Made by a program: the position numbers and the translations under genes. 41,156 nucleotides of DNA, from the IMG/VR virus record IMGVR_UViG_3300010429_001127. The stretch is one strand, 5' to 3'. This document shows, piece by piece, positions 18,318 through 25,314 of the stretch (positions are counted from its first letter, which is position 1; the number at the start of each line of letters is the position of its first letter). This DNA comes from a virus. The notes beneath the pieces are model-generated. The model was not told where the DNA came from. It ran no database searches and saw nothing but the letters and a program-made list of their open reading frames with translations.

Positions 18318-18629
18318 TCAGTAGGTTGCAGGGTCAATCTGGTACGTTCCCGCGCCGGAGTTCTGCTTGACGGACACTACCATCTTGGCAAACGGGTACG
18401 TGACGACGATCGGATCGGTCGCAGTTTCGGCTGCCAGCCCCGTTTCCGATACGAATTCATGTTTCAGTGCAGAATCGGTGTTGGCGAGATAGACATCAAC
18501 CTTGTAATACATCGTTTCGCTCGCATGAGTGTTCTTGACGATCAGCACTGCGCCCATCGCGTTGTTCAGCGTGAGGGCGGCGACGTATTCTTCGGTTGTC
18601 GCTCCGGTTAAAGGGTTGTAGGCTTGCAT
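18318..18629 (-). CDS. Small beta-rich hypothetical protein
   Basis: 103 aa, alternating hydrophobic pattern. Confidence 0.6.
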   Translation of the reverse strand: MQAYNPLTGATTEEYVAALTLNNAMGAVLIVKNTHASETMYYKVDVYLANTDSALKHEFVSETGLAAETATDPIVVTYPFAKMVVSVKQNSGAGTYQIDPATY

Positions 18630-18656
18630 TTTTCTCGTTCTCCTTTTTCAGTTCGT

Positions 18657-19823
18657 TCATGCCCCAGCAAGGGCAACGATCAGCTGGGATTTGTCGTCGC
18701 ATCCCGCTGCATTGCAGGACTCGAGGTTGACCCGGAAAATCCCCGTCCGGGAATAGATGTGCGTTGCATTCTGGGTCGTGCTGTTCGCGGTGCCATCCCC
18801 CCAGGACCATGCCCATGAAGTAGGGGTGTTGGTGCTGGTGTCGACGGCGTCGACCGTCTGGGGGATGAAGGTGAGGAACCGGTTGAGGGTGAAGGATGCG
18901 ACCGGGGTCGTCTCGTCCGTCACCGTGATCTCCGTGTTGTCCGACAGGTCGCTTCCCGCTGCGTTGGTGGCTGTCAGGTTCGCCAGATACGTGCCGGTTG
19001 ACAGGTACGTGTGCACGGGGTTCTGTACCGTTGAATTGGTGCTGTTGCCATCCCCGAAGTCCCAGAGCCAGCTTGTCGGAGTGTTGGTGCTGGTGTCGGT
19101 GAAGGTGACGGTGAGAGGAGCGGTGCCGTTCGTTGGAGTGGCGGTGAACTCTGGTACTGGCGGCTGTTCGTAGGTCACGAGGACACGCCCGGCGTACTGC
19201 GCTCCGGCCTCCGCTGTACGGAATATCAGTAGCGACTGGCATCCGGATCCCCATTCGGGTTCAGCGTTCATTATGTCGCTGTCAAGAAGGATCGCAAACC
19301 CGATATCTCCACTTGAAGGGATTGCTGTGAGATTCGTGATGTGGAAGGTATTGTTTCCGGTTGAGACTGAAGACAGGATCCGGCTGTCGGACGCATTGGC
19401 GAAATCAAAGTTGTCATAATCGTCAGGCGAGATCGCGCCGTCAACATGAAACATGACGACGTTTATCCAGGCGTCCCTAAGGGTAGTCGTTGCTGCCGAG
19501 TTCACGTTTACGATCAGGTCCAGAGCCGTAATCGTCGCGTCACTTGGAATGACTGCAGGATCCCTCTGGAAAATCCAGATCGGACGGTAATACCGATACC
19601 ATTTCCCGGTTTTTAAGTCTCCTGATACCCAGGCATTACTTGTCGTCCCGGTCGCCCCGCCGGTAGTAGCTGTAGAGTTGTCCCTATCCTGCGTCCACGT
19701 CAGGTTATGGACGTTCATGCCAAGCTGCCCATCGCTTGATTCATTGACGACAACTGTTACCGTTGTTGCACTTACACCAGAAATCAGGAAAAAGAGGAGA
19801 AGTGCTAAAAGAACTCGTCTCAT
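18657..19823 (-). CDS. Secreted protein: DNRLRE/CBM96-like domain + two PKD domains
   Basis: Signal peptide MRRVLLALLLFFLISGVSA; IPSDATITALDL; two TDTSTNTPTSW.W.(F/W)GDG PKD repeats. Confidence 0.85.
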   Translation of the reverse strand: MRRVLLALLLFFLISGVSATTVTVVVNESSDGQLGMNVHNLTWTQDRDNSTATTGGATGTTSNAWVSGDLKTGKWYRYYRPIWIFQRDPAVIPSDATITALDLIVNVNSAATTTLRDAWINVVMFHVDGAISPDDYDNFDFANASDSRILSSVSTGNNTFHITNLTAIPSSGDIGFAILLDSDIMNAEPEWGSGCQSLLIFRTAEAGAQYAGRVLVTYEQPPVPEFTATPTNGTAPLTVTFTDTSTNTPTSWLWDFGDGNSTNSTVQNPVHTYLSTGTYLANLTATNAAGSDLSDNTEITVTDETTPVASFTLNRFLTFIPQTVDAVDTSTNTPTSWAWSWGDGTANSTTQNATHIYSRTGIFRVNLESCNAAGCDDKSQLIVALAGA

Positions 19824-20110
19824 GTATCACCAAACCTTGCAAAGACAACTCTGTGCGTCTGATTGCATCCGAAGCTATTACAGCTTTCAAGATTGACAAT
19901 GAAATATCCGGGACTACGATAGTTGTGTGTTGCTGATAGAGACGTTGAATTCGCGGTCATATCCCCCCATGACCAGTTCCTCCGAGTAATTGATCCGGAA
20001 GAAGTGTCGTTAACGTAGACTCCCTGCGGGATCGTGACGTAGTTCCTGGAGATCGAGAGCAGACACAGCGCTACCAGCAGGATCAGGATTATGCTGCGGT
20101 GTGGGGTCAT
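19820..20110 (-). CDS. Secreted single-PKD protein
   Basis: Hydrophobic N-terminus, WSWGD...HNYRSPGYFIVNLESCNSFGC. Confidence 0.75.
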   Translation of the reverse strand: MTPHRSIILILLVALCLLSISRNYVTIPQGVYVNDTSSGSITRRNWSWGDMTANSTSLSATHNYRSPGYFIVNLESCNSFGCNQTHRVVFARFGDT

Positions 20111-21141
20111 GGGAGGACTACCCCCAGATTCCCGACCCGCAGCCTGTCAGCCGGGATGCCGATCAGGTTGTTCTTGATCACTGCTTTGTCGAGCGTCGCC
20201 TTCTGGGTAACCTTCACCGGCGGCGTCCAGTCGGTTGACCATTCAAAAACGTTGTTGTAAATCCAGATCCCATATTCAGGAGGTGTGCCTCGGATGGCGA
20301 TATCAAAGTTGGCGTCCTGCGTCCCGTTCGCGGAAAGGAACGTGTTGTGGTGGATCTTGTAGGAATACCCGGAATACGGCAGCGCTAGCGGGTTGTTGTG
20401 GACGTCGATATGGTGAGAGGAGGGGTCGTCGTGCCCCAGGATCACGTTATACCGCGCTTCGTACCGTTCCCCGACCTTCCCGGCGCCGGTGATGGAATGC
20501 CCATTGTAATCGAAGATATTGGCTTCAATCAGGGCGTTGCCGCCCGAAACAGCGATGCCGTAGCCGTTCCCGATGCCGTAATTGTCATGGACGAAGTTGT
20601 GATGAGCCCAAAGGGTGCCTGTCGTCAGAATGCCACCGTAGGTGAACCCCCGGATCTCGCAGTTGTCAACCTCTAAATTCCCGTACGAGCGGATCCCGAC
20701 CATGTTGAACGCTGACGGGATGGCGAAATTGAACTTCCCCGCCATGGGGCCCTGGAGCCTGATGCCGGTAACCCTCGCGCCATCGTTCGCATGAAAGAGG
20801 ATGTTATAGGCGCTTCCCGTCGAACTGTCCCGCTTGATGAGAGCGCCTTCAGATCCATCCGCCCCCCGATTACTGGCGAGCGTGACGCCCGCGGGAATGG
20901 TGAGTTTCGGGGTGCCCGTCAGGTCTATGGTCGCGCTCCCTTCGATGAAGATGGCATCTCCGGGCTTGGCGCCTTTCAGTGCAGTAACAAGGTCCTCTTT
21001 TGTCTCCACAAGATACCGGACGATCGGGTCTTCCCGCAGGATCGTTTTTCGGTAATCGTTTCCGCCCCCGACCGGGCTCCCGGTAGGGTTGCAATCCGCA
21101 CCGTAACGGCAGTCTGTAATCACTGTTGTATCCTTATCCAT
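20107..21141 (-). CDS. Right-handed parallel beta-helix (pectin-lyase-like) protein
   Basis: Repeated VDNCEI / HHNFVH / IEANIF / IHHNTF / IYNNVF rungs; no signal peptide. Confidence 0.8.
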   Translation of the reverse strand: MDKDTTVITDCRYGADCNPTGSPVGGGNDYRKTILREDPIVRYLVETKEDLVTALKGAKPGDAIFIEGSATIDLTGTPKLTIPAGVTLASNRGADGSEGALIKRDSSTGSAYNILFHANDGARVTGIRLQGPMAGKFNFAIPSAFNMVGIRSYGNLEVDNCEIRGFTYGGILTTGTLWAHHNFVHDNYGIGNGYGIAVSGGNALIEANIFDYNGHSITGAGKVGERYEARYNVILGHDDPSSHHIDVHNNPLALPYSGYSYKIHHNTFLSANGTQDANFDIAIRGTPPEYGIWIYNNVFEWSTDWTPPVKVTQKATLDKAVIKNNLIGIPADRLRVGNLGVVLP

Positions 21142-21144
21142 AAG

Positions 21145-21224
21145 CGCCGCTTGGGGAGTCGAACCCGCTTACTGACCCGAAAGTGTGGCTGACAGGTCAG
21201 GCCCGGCCGACGGGCGTGGGCGGC
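21145..21224 (-). other. Degenerate tRNA-like element 2
   Basis: GGG-TTCGACT-CCC T-arm-like hairpin; 5' GCCGC pairs with 3' GCGGC; no canonical D or anticodon arm. Confidence 0.3.
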
Positions 21225-21364
21225 ATGATGTTCCCTGCCTGGAGAGATCGATGAGATTTCCAGTTCGTAGAGACGTGTATGTACCGGGGTTGAACAAACG
21301 CGAACGTTGAGAGGAAGCTGCTGTTCGGTCTATTGGTGCGATACCTGTCTCTCCGGCAGGGTGA

Positions 21365-21451
21365 TCGGGCCGGGCGGATTGAACCGCACCTTTGACAGGC
21401 TTCGCTCCGTGCCGCAGGACAGTGTGCAGACGGCAGGCGAACGCAGGCCCG
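21365..21451 (-). other. Degenerate tRNA-like element 1
   Basis: GCGG-TTCAAT-CCGC hairpin followed by GGCCCG-A pairing with 5' CGGGCC. Confidence 0.3.
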
Positions 21452-21458
21452 GGGGCGA

Positions 21459-21557
21459 TCATGGCTGCGGTACGTTGAGGCGGATCCAGATCAGGGCGGT
21501 GGCTATCAGAACAGCGGCACCCCCGGCGATCAGGAAGAGTTTTGCCTCGTAGCTCAT
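21459..21557 (-). CDS. 32-aa single-pass membrane protein
   Basis: MSYEAKLFLIAGGAAVLIATALIWIRLNVPQP. Confidence 0.5.
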   Translation of the reverse strand: MSYEAKLFLIAGGAAVLIATALIWIRLNVPQP

Positions 21558-21564
21558 GGCCGGC

Positions 21565-22278
21565 CTATTGGGATTGCACCTCGATCTCGCAGCAGCGGCC
21601 GGTGGTGGCAGTGTTAAACTCCTGGACCGTTCCGTCTGCCTGGACGACCCGGAAGAGCGGATAGAAGGACTTGCCGGTATATTTCGAGTCGCCCTTAACG
21701 TAGGTGTAGGTGTGCGAGAGCGGGGCGATGCCGGTCTTTTCTTCAACCTTGGCGGTTTCAACAGGCGATCCGTCCTGCCAGTCGACCTGGAGGGTGGCCC
21801 GGGTCTTGGCATCGGAGTTCATGCCGACAACGGCCTGCAGGTTGGCAGCGAAGGGGGAGAGGCCGGCGTTGAAGGCTGGCGTGACGGTGAACCCGACGCT
21901 CCATTTCTCCTCTTCCTTGGGGGCTGTGATGGCGGCTGCGGCCGTGGCTGTAGCTGTCGTTTTGGGCTTCAGGATATACTGGTTGATCAGCCCGAAGATG
22001 ACGGTTGCGCCAAGGGTGATAAGAGCCCGGCTTTCAGGGATCCCCGCTTCAATCTGGGTGAAGATCGTTGTCAGTTCCGGGACGGTACCTGTTGAGATAT
22101 ACGCTGCGAGCGCGAGGAGGACCCCGTACCCGAGCGTGCGGGCGAATTTGTCCCAGTCGAATGTTTCCCCGCTTTCCGACTGAACTTTTCGGTAGACATA
22201 CCCTATGAGGGAGAAGATGAACGCCCCCCCGAGGATGACAAGACTGATTGCGAGCTGTGTGTCCATTTTCCAAAACAT
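21565..22278 (-). CDS. Membrane protein: three-TM holin-like N-domain fused to a PKD-like C-domain
   Basis: Three hydrophobic segments, Thr/Ala linker, GLSPFAANL...VDWQDGS...SHTYTY PKD-like pattern. Confidence 0.6.
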   Translation of the reverse strand: MFWKMDTQLAISLVILGGAFIFSLIGYVYRKVQSESGETFDWDKFARTLGYGVLLALAAYISTGTVPELTTIFTQIEAGIPESRALITLGATVIFGLINQYILKPKTTATATAAAAITAPKEEEKWSVGFTVTPAFNAGLSPFAANLQAVVGMNSDAKTRATLQVDWQDGSPVETAKVEEKTGIAPLSHTYTYVKGDSKYTGKSFYPLFRVVQADGTVQEFNTATTGRCCEIEVQSQ

Positions 22279-22419
22279 CTCCCGCCCGCTCTCCGGGCAG
22301 TGGTATGCGGGAAAAATAGGGGATAGGGGGTTATGCGGTTTTAGAACGGGCAGAGAAGGCAGGGAATACAGAGAATACAGAAAAGCGCGATTGTCCGGAA
22401 AAGCGGGGAAATCGGGGGG

Positions 22420-22833
22420 TTATGGGCAGCCCTCGCGCTTTGTTTTTGTTATCGGAAGGTTGCCAGCTGCAAATTCCGTGACCTCATCAACGGTTGATTT
22501 TACTAGCTTTCGGAGATACTCAGAATCGCGGTGAATGTTGATCTTCATCTCACCGCACAGAATACAACACATGCGGGGATGAAGAACCATCGCGGTGATC
22601 GTGGTGTTCCCCTCAGAATCTACGCAATCTTTTTGATATTCTTCATCAAACTCCAAATCATCAAGGGTAGTATAACTCCCATGTACTCCGCTTGTCGAAA
22701 GAAAACACCAGTTCATTTCGTCGGCTTTCCCATCGGGGAATAAGGTTTTTAGATCCTCAATGGTTTGAAGCGCACGGAAAACGTGATAGTGTTTTGTTTC
22801 CGCCCAGTTACCTGCTGCGTCTTTTATCGTTCT
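22420..22833 (-). CDS. Hypothetical protein; reading frame open 39 codons upstream of the ATG at 22716
   Basis: Same frame as 22834-23085, separated only by one TGA; start uncertain. Confidence 0.5.
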   Translation of the reverse strand, partial: RTIKDAAGNWAETKHYHVFRALQTIEDLKTLFPDGKADEMNWCFLSTSGVHGSYTTLDDLEFDEEYQKDCVDSEGNTTITAMVLHPRMCCILCGEMKINIHRDSEYLRKLVKSTVDEVTEFAAGNLPITKTKREGCP

Positions 22834-23085
22834 TCATTCCTCCGCGCCGGGTACAAATTCCCCATATTCAGTATGGCACACTACATTTTCTTTCGAGACT
22901 GTTATTTTACGCTCTCTATTATATAGTTCGTAGAGCTTGCCGTCGAATGCGAGAACATCCCCGATGAATGTCCCCCCACTTTCAAATAGGACCAACACGC
23001 GCTCTCCAATACGAAATTCCCGGTCTTCCCGCGGGATTTCACTGAGCGGGGTCCACTTTGCCACTCTGAACTTCATTTTTATCAC
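22834..23085 (-). CDS. Hypothetical protein (SH3/KOW-like pattern)
   Basis: FRIGERVLV...FIGDV; AT-rich segment. Confidence 0.55.
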   Translation of the reverse strand: MIKMKFRVAKWTPLSEIPREDREFRIGERVLVLFESGGTFIGDVLAFDGKLYELYNRERKITVSKENVVCHTEYGEFVPGAEE

Positions 23086-23175
23086 CCCTCGTTCTCATTG
23101 AATGGTGCCTGTCATACAGGAGCCACTTTCTTTTTACCTTTGTTGTATAGATGAATCTCATTTGTTATCGCCGCC

Positions 23176-23466
23176 TCACACCTTCGCTTTCCCGTTTCTC
23201 TTTGCCAGCTCATCAACCTTCGGCAGCACACCCTCGTCCCGCAGCATCTGAAGGCACACCGGGCAGAGTTCCGGATCGTCGAGGTGCTGCATGATATCAA
23301 AGTCCTGCAGCTGGTAGAGCATGTGCCCGTGACCTCCGTGCGGTCCCCGGCATTTCCGGCGTTTCGCCTTGCCCTGCTCGACGAAGTTGTGGATATGCCG
23401 CCGTTCTTTCGGCCCGGTGACATCGCCACGGCACCGGCCCCAGATGAGTTCGCGCTCTTCTTTCAA
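23176..23466 (-). CDS. Hypothetical Cys/His protein
   Basis: TTG start overlapping upstream TGA; KC..HGGHGH...CPVC. Confidence 0.55.
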   Translation of the reverse strand: MKEERELIWGRCRGDVTGPKERRHIHNFVEQGKAKRRKCRGPHGGHGHMLYQLQDFDIMQHLDDPELCPVCLQMLRDEGVLPKVDELAKRNGKAKV

Positions 23467-23675
23467 TCCACCACCCTCCGCAGATAAAATTCCGTGGCCG
23501 GTCGCTCCAGGCTGCCATTGCTGGTGAGGAGGAGGGCGATCCGGGGATCCTTCGCGAATGCCTCCTCCACCATCATCCGGACCAGCGGGAAGTTCGTGAT
23601 CGCGGGCCGCATCGGGTCGAGCGGGACCGAATGCTCCGGGGGGGCCCGGGGCGTGAAGTCGTCCAGGGTTGTCAC
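23463..23675 (-). CDS. Hypothetical protein (70 aa)
   Basis: GTGA-coupled start, MTTLDDFTPR... Confidence 0.55.
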   Translation of the reverse strand: MTTLDDFTPRAPPEHSVPLDPMRPAITNFPLVRMMVEEAFAKDPRIALLLTSNGSLERPATEFYLRRVVD

Positions 23676-23851
23676 GGCCCCGCCTCTTTTTCCGGCGCAT
23701 TCCCCTCGACCCACGTCCGGACGGCGAGGATCTGCATCGGCGTGAGGGTCGTGCAGGTCACATACGCGTCATAGAGGTAGAGGGGGCACCGGCCGGTTTT
23801 GCCGCAGTCCGGCTTGGTGGGATCGTGGTACGGGCAGGGGGCGAGGGTCAT
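23672..23851 (-). CDS. Small Cys-rich protein (59 aa)
   Basis: Not in ORF track; MTLAPCPYHDPTKPDCGKTGRCPLY...C; coupled at both ends. Confidence 0.55.
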   Translation of the reverse strand: MTLAPCPYHDPTKPDCGKTGRCPLYLYDAYVTCTTLTPMQILAVRTWVEGNAPEKEAGP

Positions 23852-24117
23852 AACGATCTCCAGCAGTTCCTCTGCACCGGGACCTCAACCCGATCGCGGC
23901 ATTCCCGGAGGCCCGGGCAGGTCCAGCAGAACGGCGGATCGTTCCGGAGCCGGAAGACCCGGACGAACGCGGGCTCGTGGACGTGCTGCAGCTCGTGGTC
24001 GATGATGAAGATCTGGTCTTCAGCAGTCCGGATCTGATGGAGCAGGTGGTCCCTGCGGGCCTGGAGGCAGACACGGAGGAGGTTGCTGTCCTGGATGTCT
24101 GCGGTGCAGCCGGTCAC
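23848..24117 (-). CDS. Hypothetical protein with C-terminal Cys cluster
   Basis: ATGA-coupled; CWTCPGLREC...C. Confidence 0.55.
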   Translation of the reverse strand: MTGCTADIQDSNLLRVCLQARRDHLLHQIRTAEDQIFIIDHELQHVHEPAFVRVFRLRNDPPFCWTCPGLRECRDRVEVPVQRNCWRSL

Positions 24118-24578
24118 TCGGCGGCCCCCTTGCCTTTCTTCCTGGCCTTCGCTGCTTTGATGATGTCTTCGGGCGGGATCCCGGTCCGGGCCGATACCTC
24201 CATGGTCTTCCGGGCGAGTTCCAGGGTCTTCATGTCGGTTTCAATCGGGGGGTTGTCGCCGTAGATGACCGTCAGCTTGGTGTCGTCCTCTCCTGTCGAT
24301 GCCCCGGCCTCGAAGTCAGTCAGTGTATGATTGATGGGGCCGGATACATCGAAGGTGCAGGAGAGCGTGTATTTGACCAGTTGCACCCCGCACCGGGCGA
24401 TGCCGAACTCTTCGGACATCTTCCGCCGGACCCTTTCCGTGAGCTCATCCATCATCTGGACGATATCGCCGGATCCTTCGGCCGTGATGCCGAGTTGCTT
24501 GACCGAGATCGTATATTCCGGGACGTCTGGCTTGACGTCCGGATCGAACTTGATCGTGCCCTTGGTTTCAAGCGACAT
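24114..24578 (-). CDS. Hypothetical protein
   Basis: Start 24578 directly after the PCNA stop. Confidence 0.65.
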   Translation of the reverse strand: MSLETKGTIKFDPDVKPDVPEYTISVKQLGITAEGSGDIVQMMDELTERVRRKMSEEFGIARCGVQLVKYTLSCTFDVSGPINHTLTDFEAGASTGEDDTKLTVIYGDNPPIETDMKTLELARKTMEVSARTGIPPEDIIKAAKARKKGKGAAE

Positions 24579-24579
24579 G

Positions 24580-25314
24580 TTACGGTCCCTCCTTTGCATC
24601 AATTCTCGGGGCGAGCAGGAATTCTACACTCATGCCCTCGACCGTGCACGCGAACTTAATCGGGTGATCAGTCGACAAACTGACCGTGATATCCCCGCTG
24701 GCGCCTTTCAGCACCCGGGCGATGTCCTTCAGGTAGTCGAGAGAGAACAGGGAGGTGAACCATTCGGATGTGTCCTTGACAGCCTTGCCTTCGATCTCCT
24801 TCTTCAGGTGATCCGTGTCGCCTTCCGTCTCGAACTTGAGGGTGCCGCCCTTCGCGCTGATGGTTACCTTGTCGTTGATCAGCGCCATGGCTTTGATGAC
24901 CTCGTTCAGTTCTCCGGCGGGGATCTCAAGGACGGCCGGCAGCTGGATGTTCGGCGGGTTCGGGTCCTTCCGGATCGTGTTGACGTCCAGGAGCATGTTG
25001 CCGTAGTTGTACCGGCCGTCGCTCATCTGGATCCGGTTGCCGTTCTCGGCGATGGTGACCTGCCCGGTCTTGTCGAGGATGTTGAGCGCGGTTTTGGTCT
25101 TGCCGATGTCGAGCCCCATAACCTTGAGCCCTTCCCCGTCGCTCTTGTATTCCGCGAACGCTTCCTTGGGCAGCCGGGCGCTGACCATCGCGACGTTGGC
25201 GGTGTCGACCGCCCGGGTTTCGAGTCCTCCATCTTTCAGCCATACACGGCATTCCGGCGCGAGTGCGGCCACTGCGTCGATGAATGCCAGCAGTTTCTTG
25301 TGATCGATCTTCAT
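24580..25314 (-). CDS. pcn: PCNA sliding clamp, paralogue 1
   Basis: RAVDTANVAMV, SLFSLDYLKDI, DHPIKF, FLLAPRI: diagnostic archaeal PCNA motifs. Confidence 0.95.
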   Translation of the reverse strand: MKIDHKKLLAFIDAVAALAPECRVWLKDGGLETRAVDTANVAMVSARLPKEAFAEYKSDGEGLKVMGLDIGKTKTALNILDKTGQVTIAENGNRIQMSDGRYNYGNMLLDVNTIRKDPNPPNIQLPAVLEIPAGELNEVIKAMALINDKVTISAKGGTLKFETEGDTDHLKKEIEGKAVKDTSEWFTSLFSLDYLKDIARVLKGASGDITVSLSTDHPIKFACTVEGMSVEFLLAPRIDAKEGP

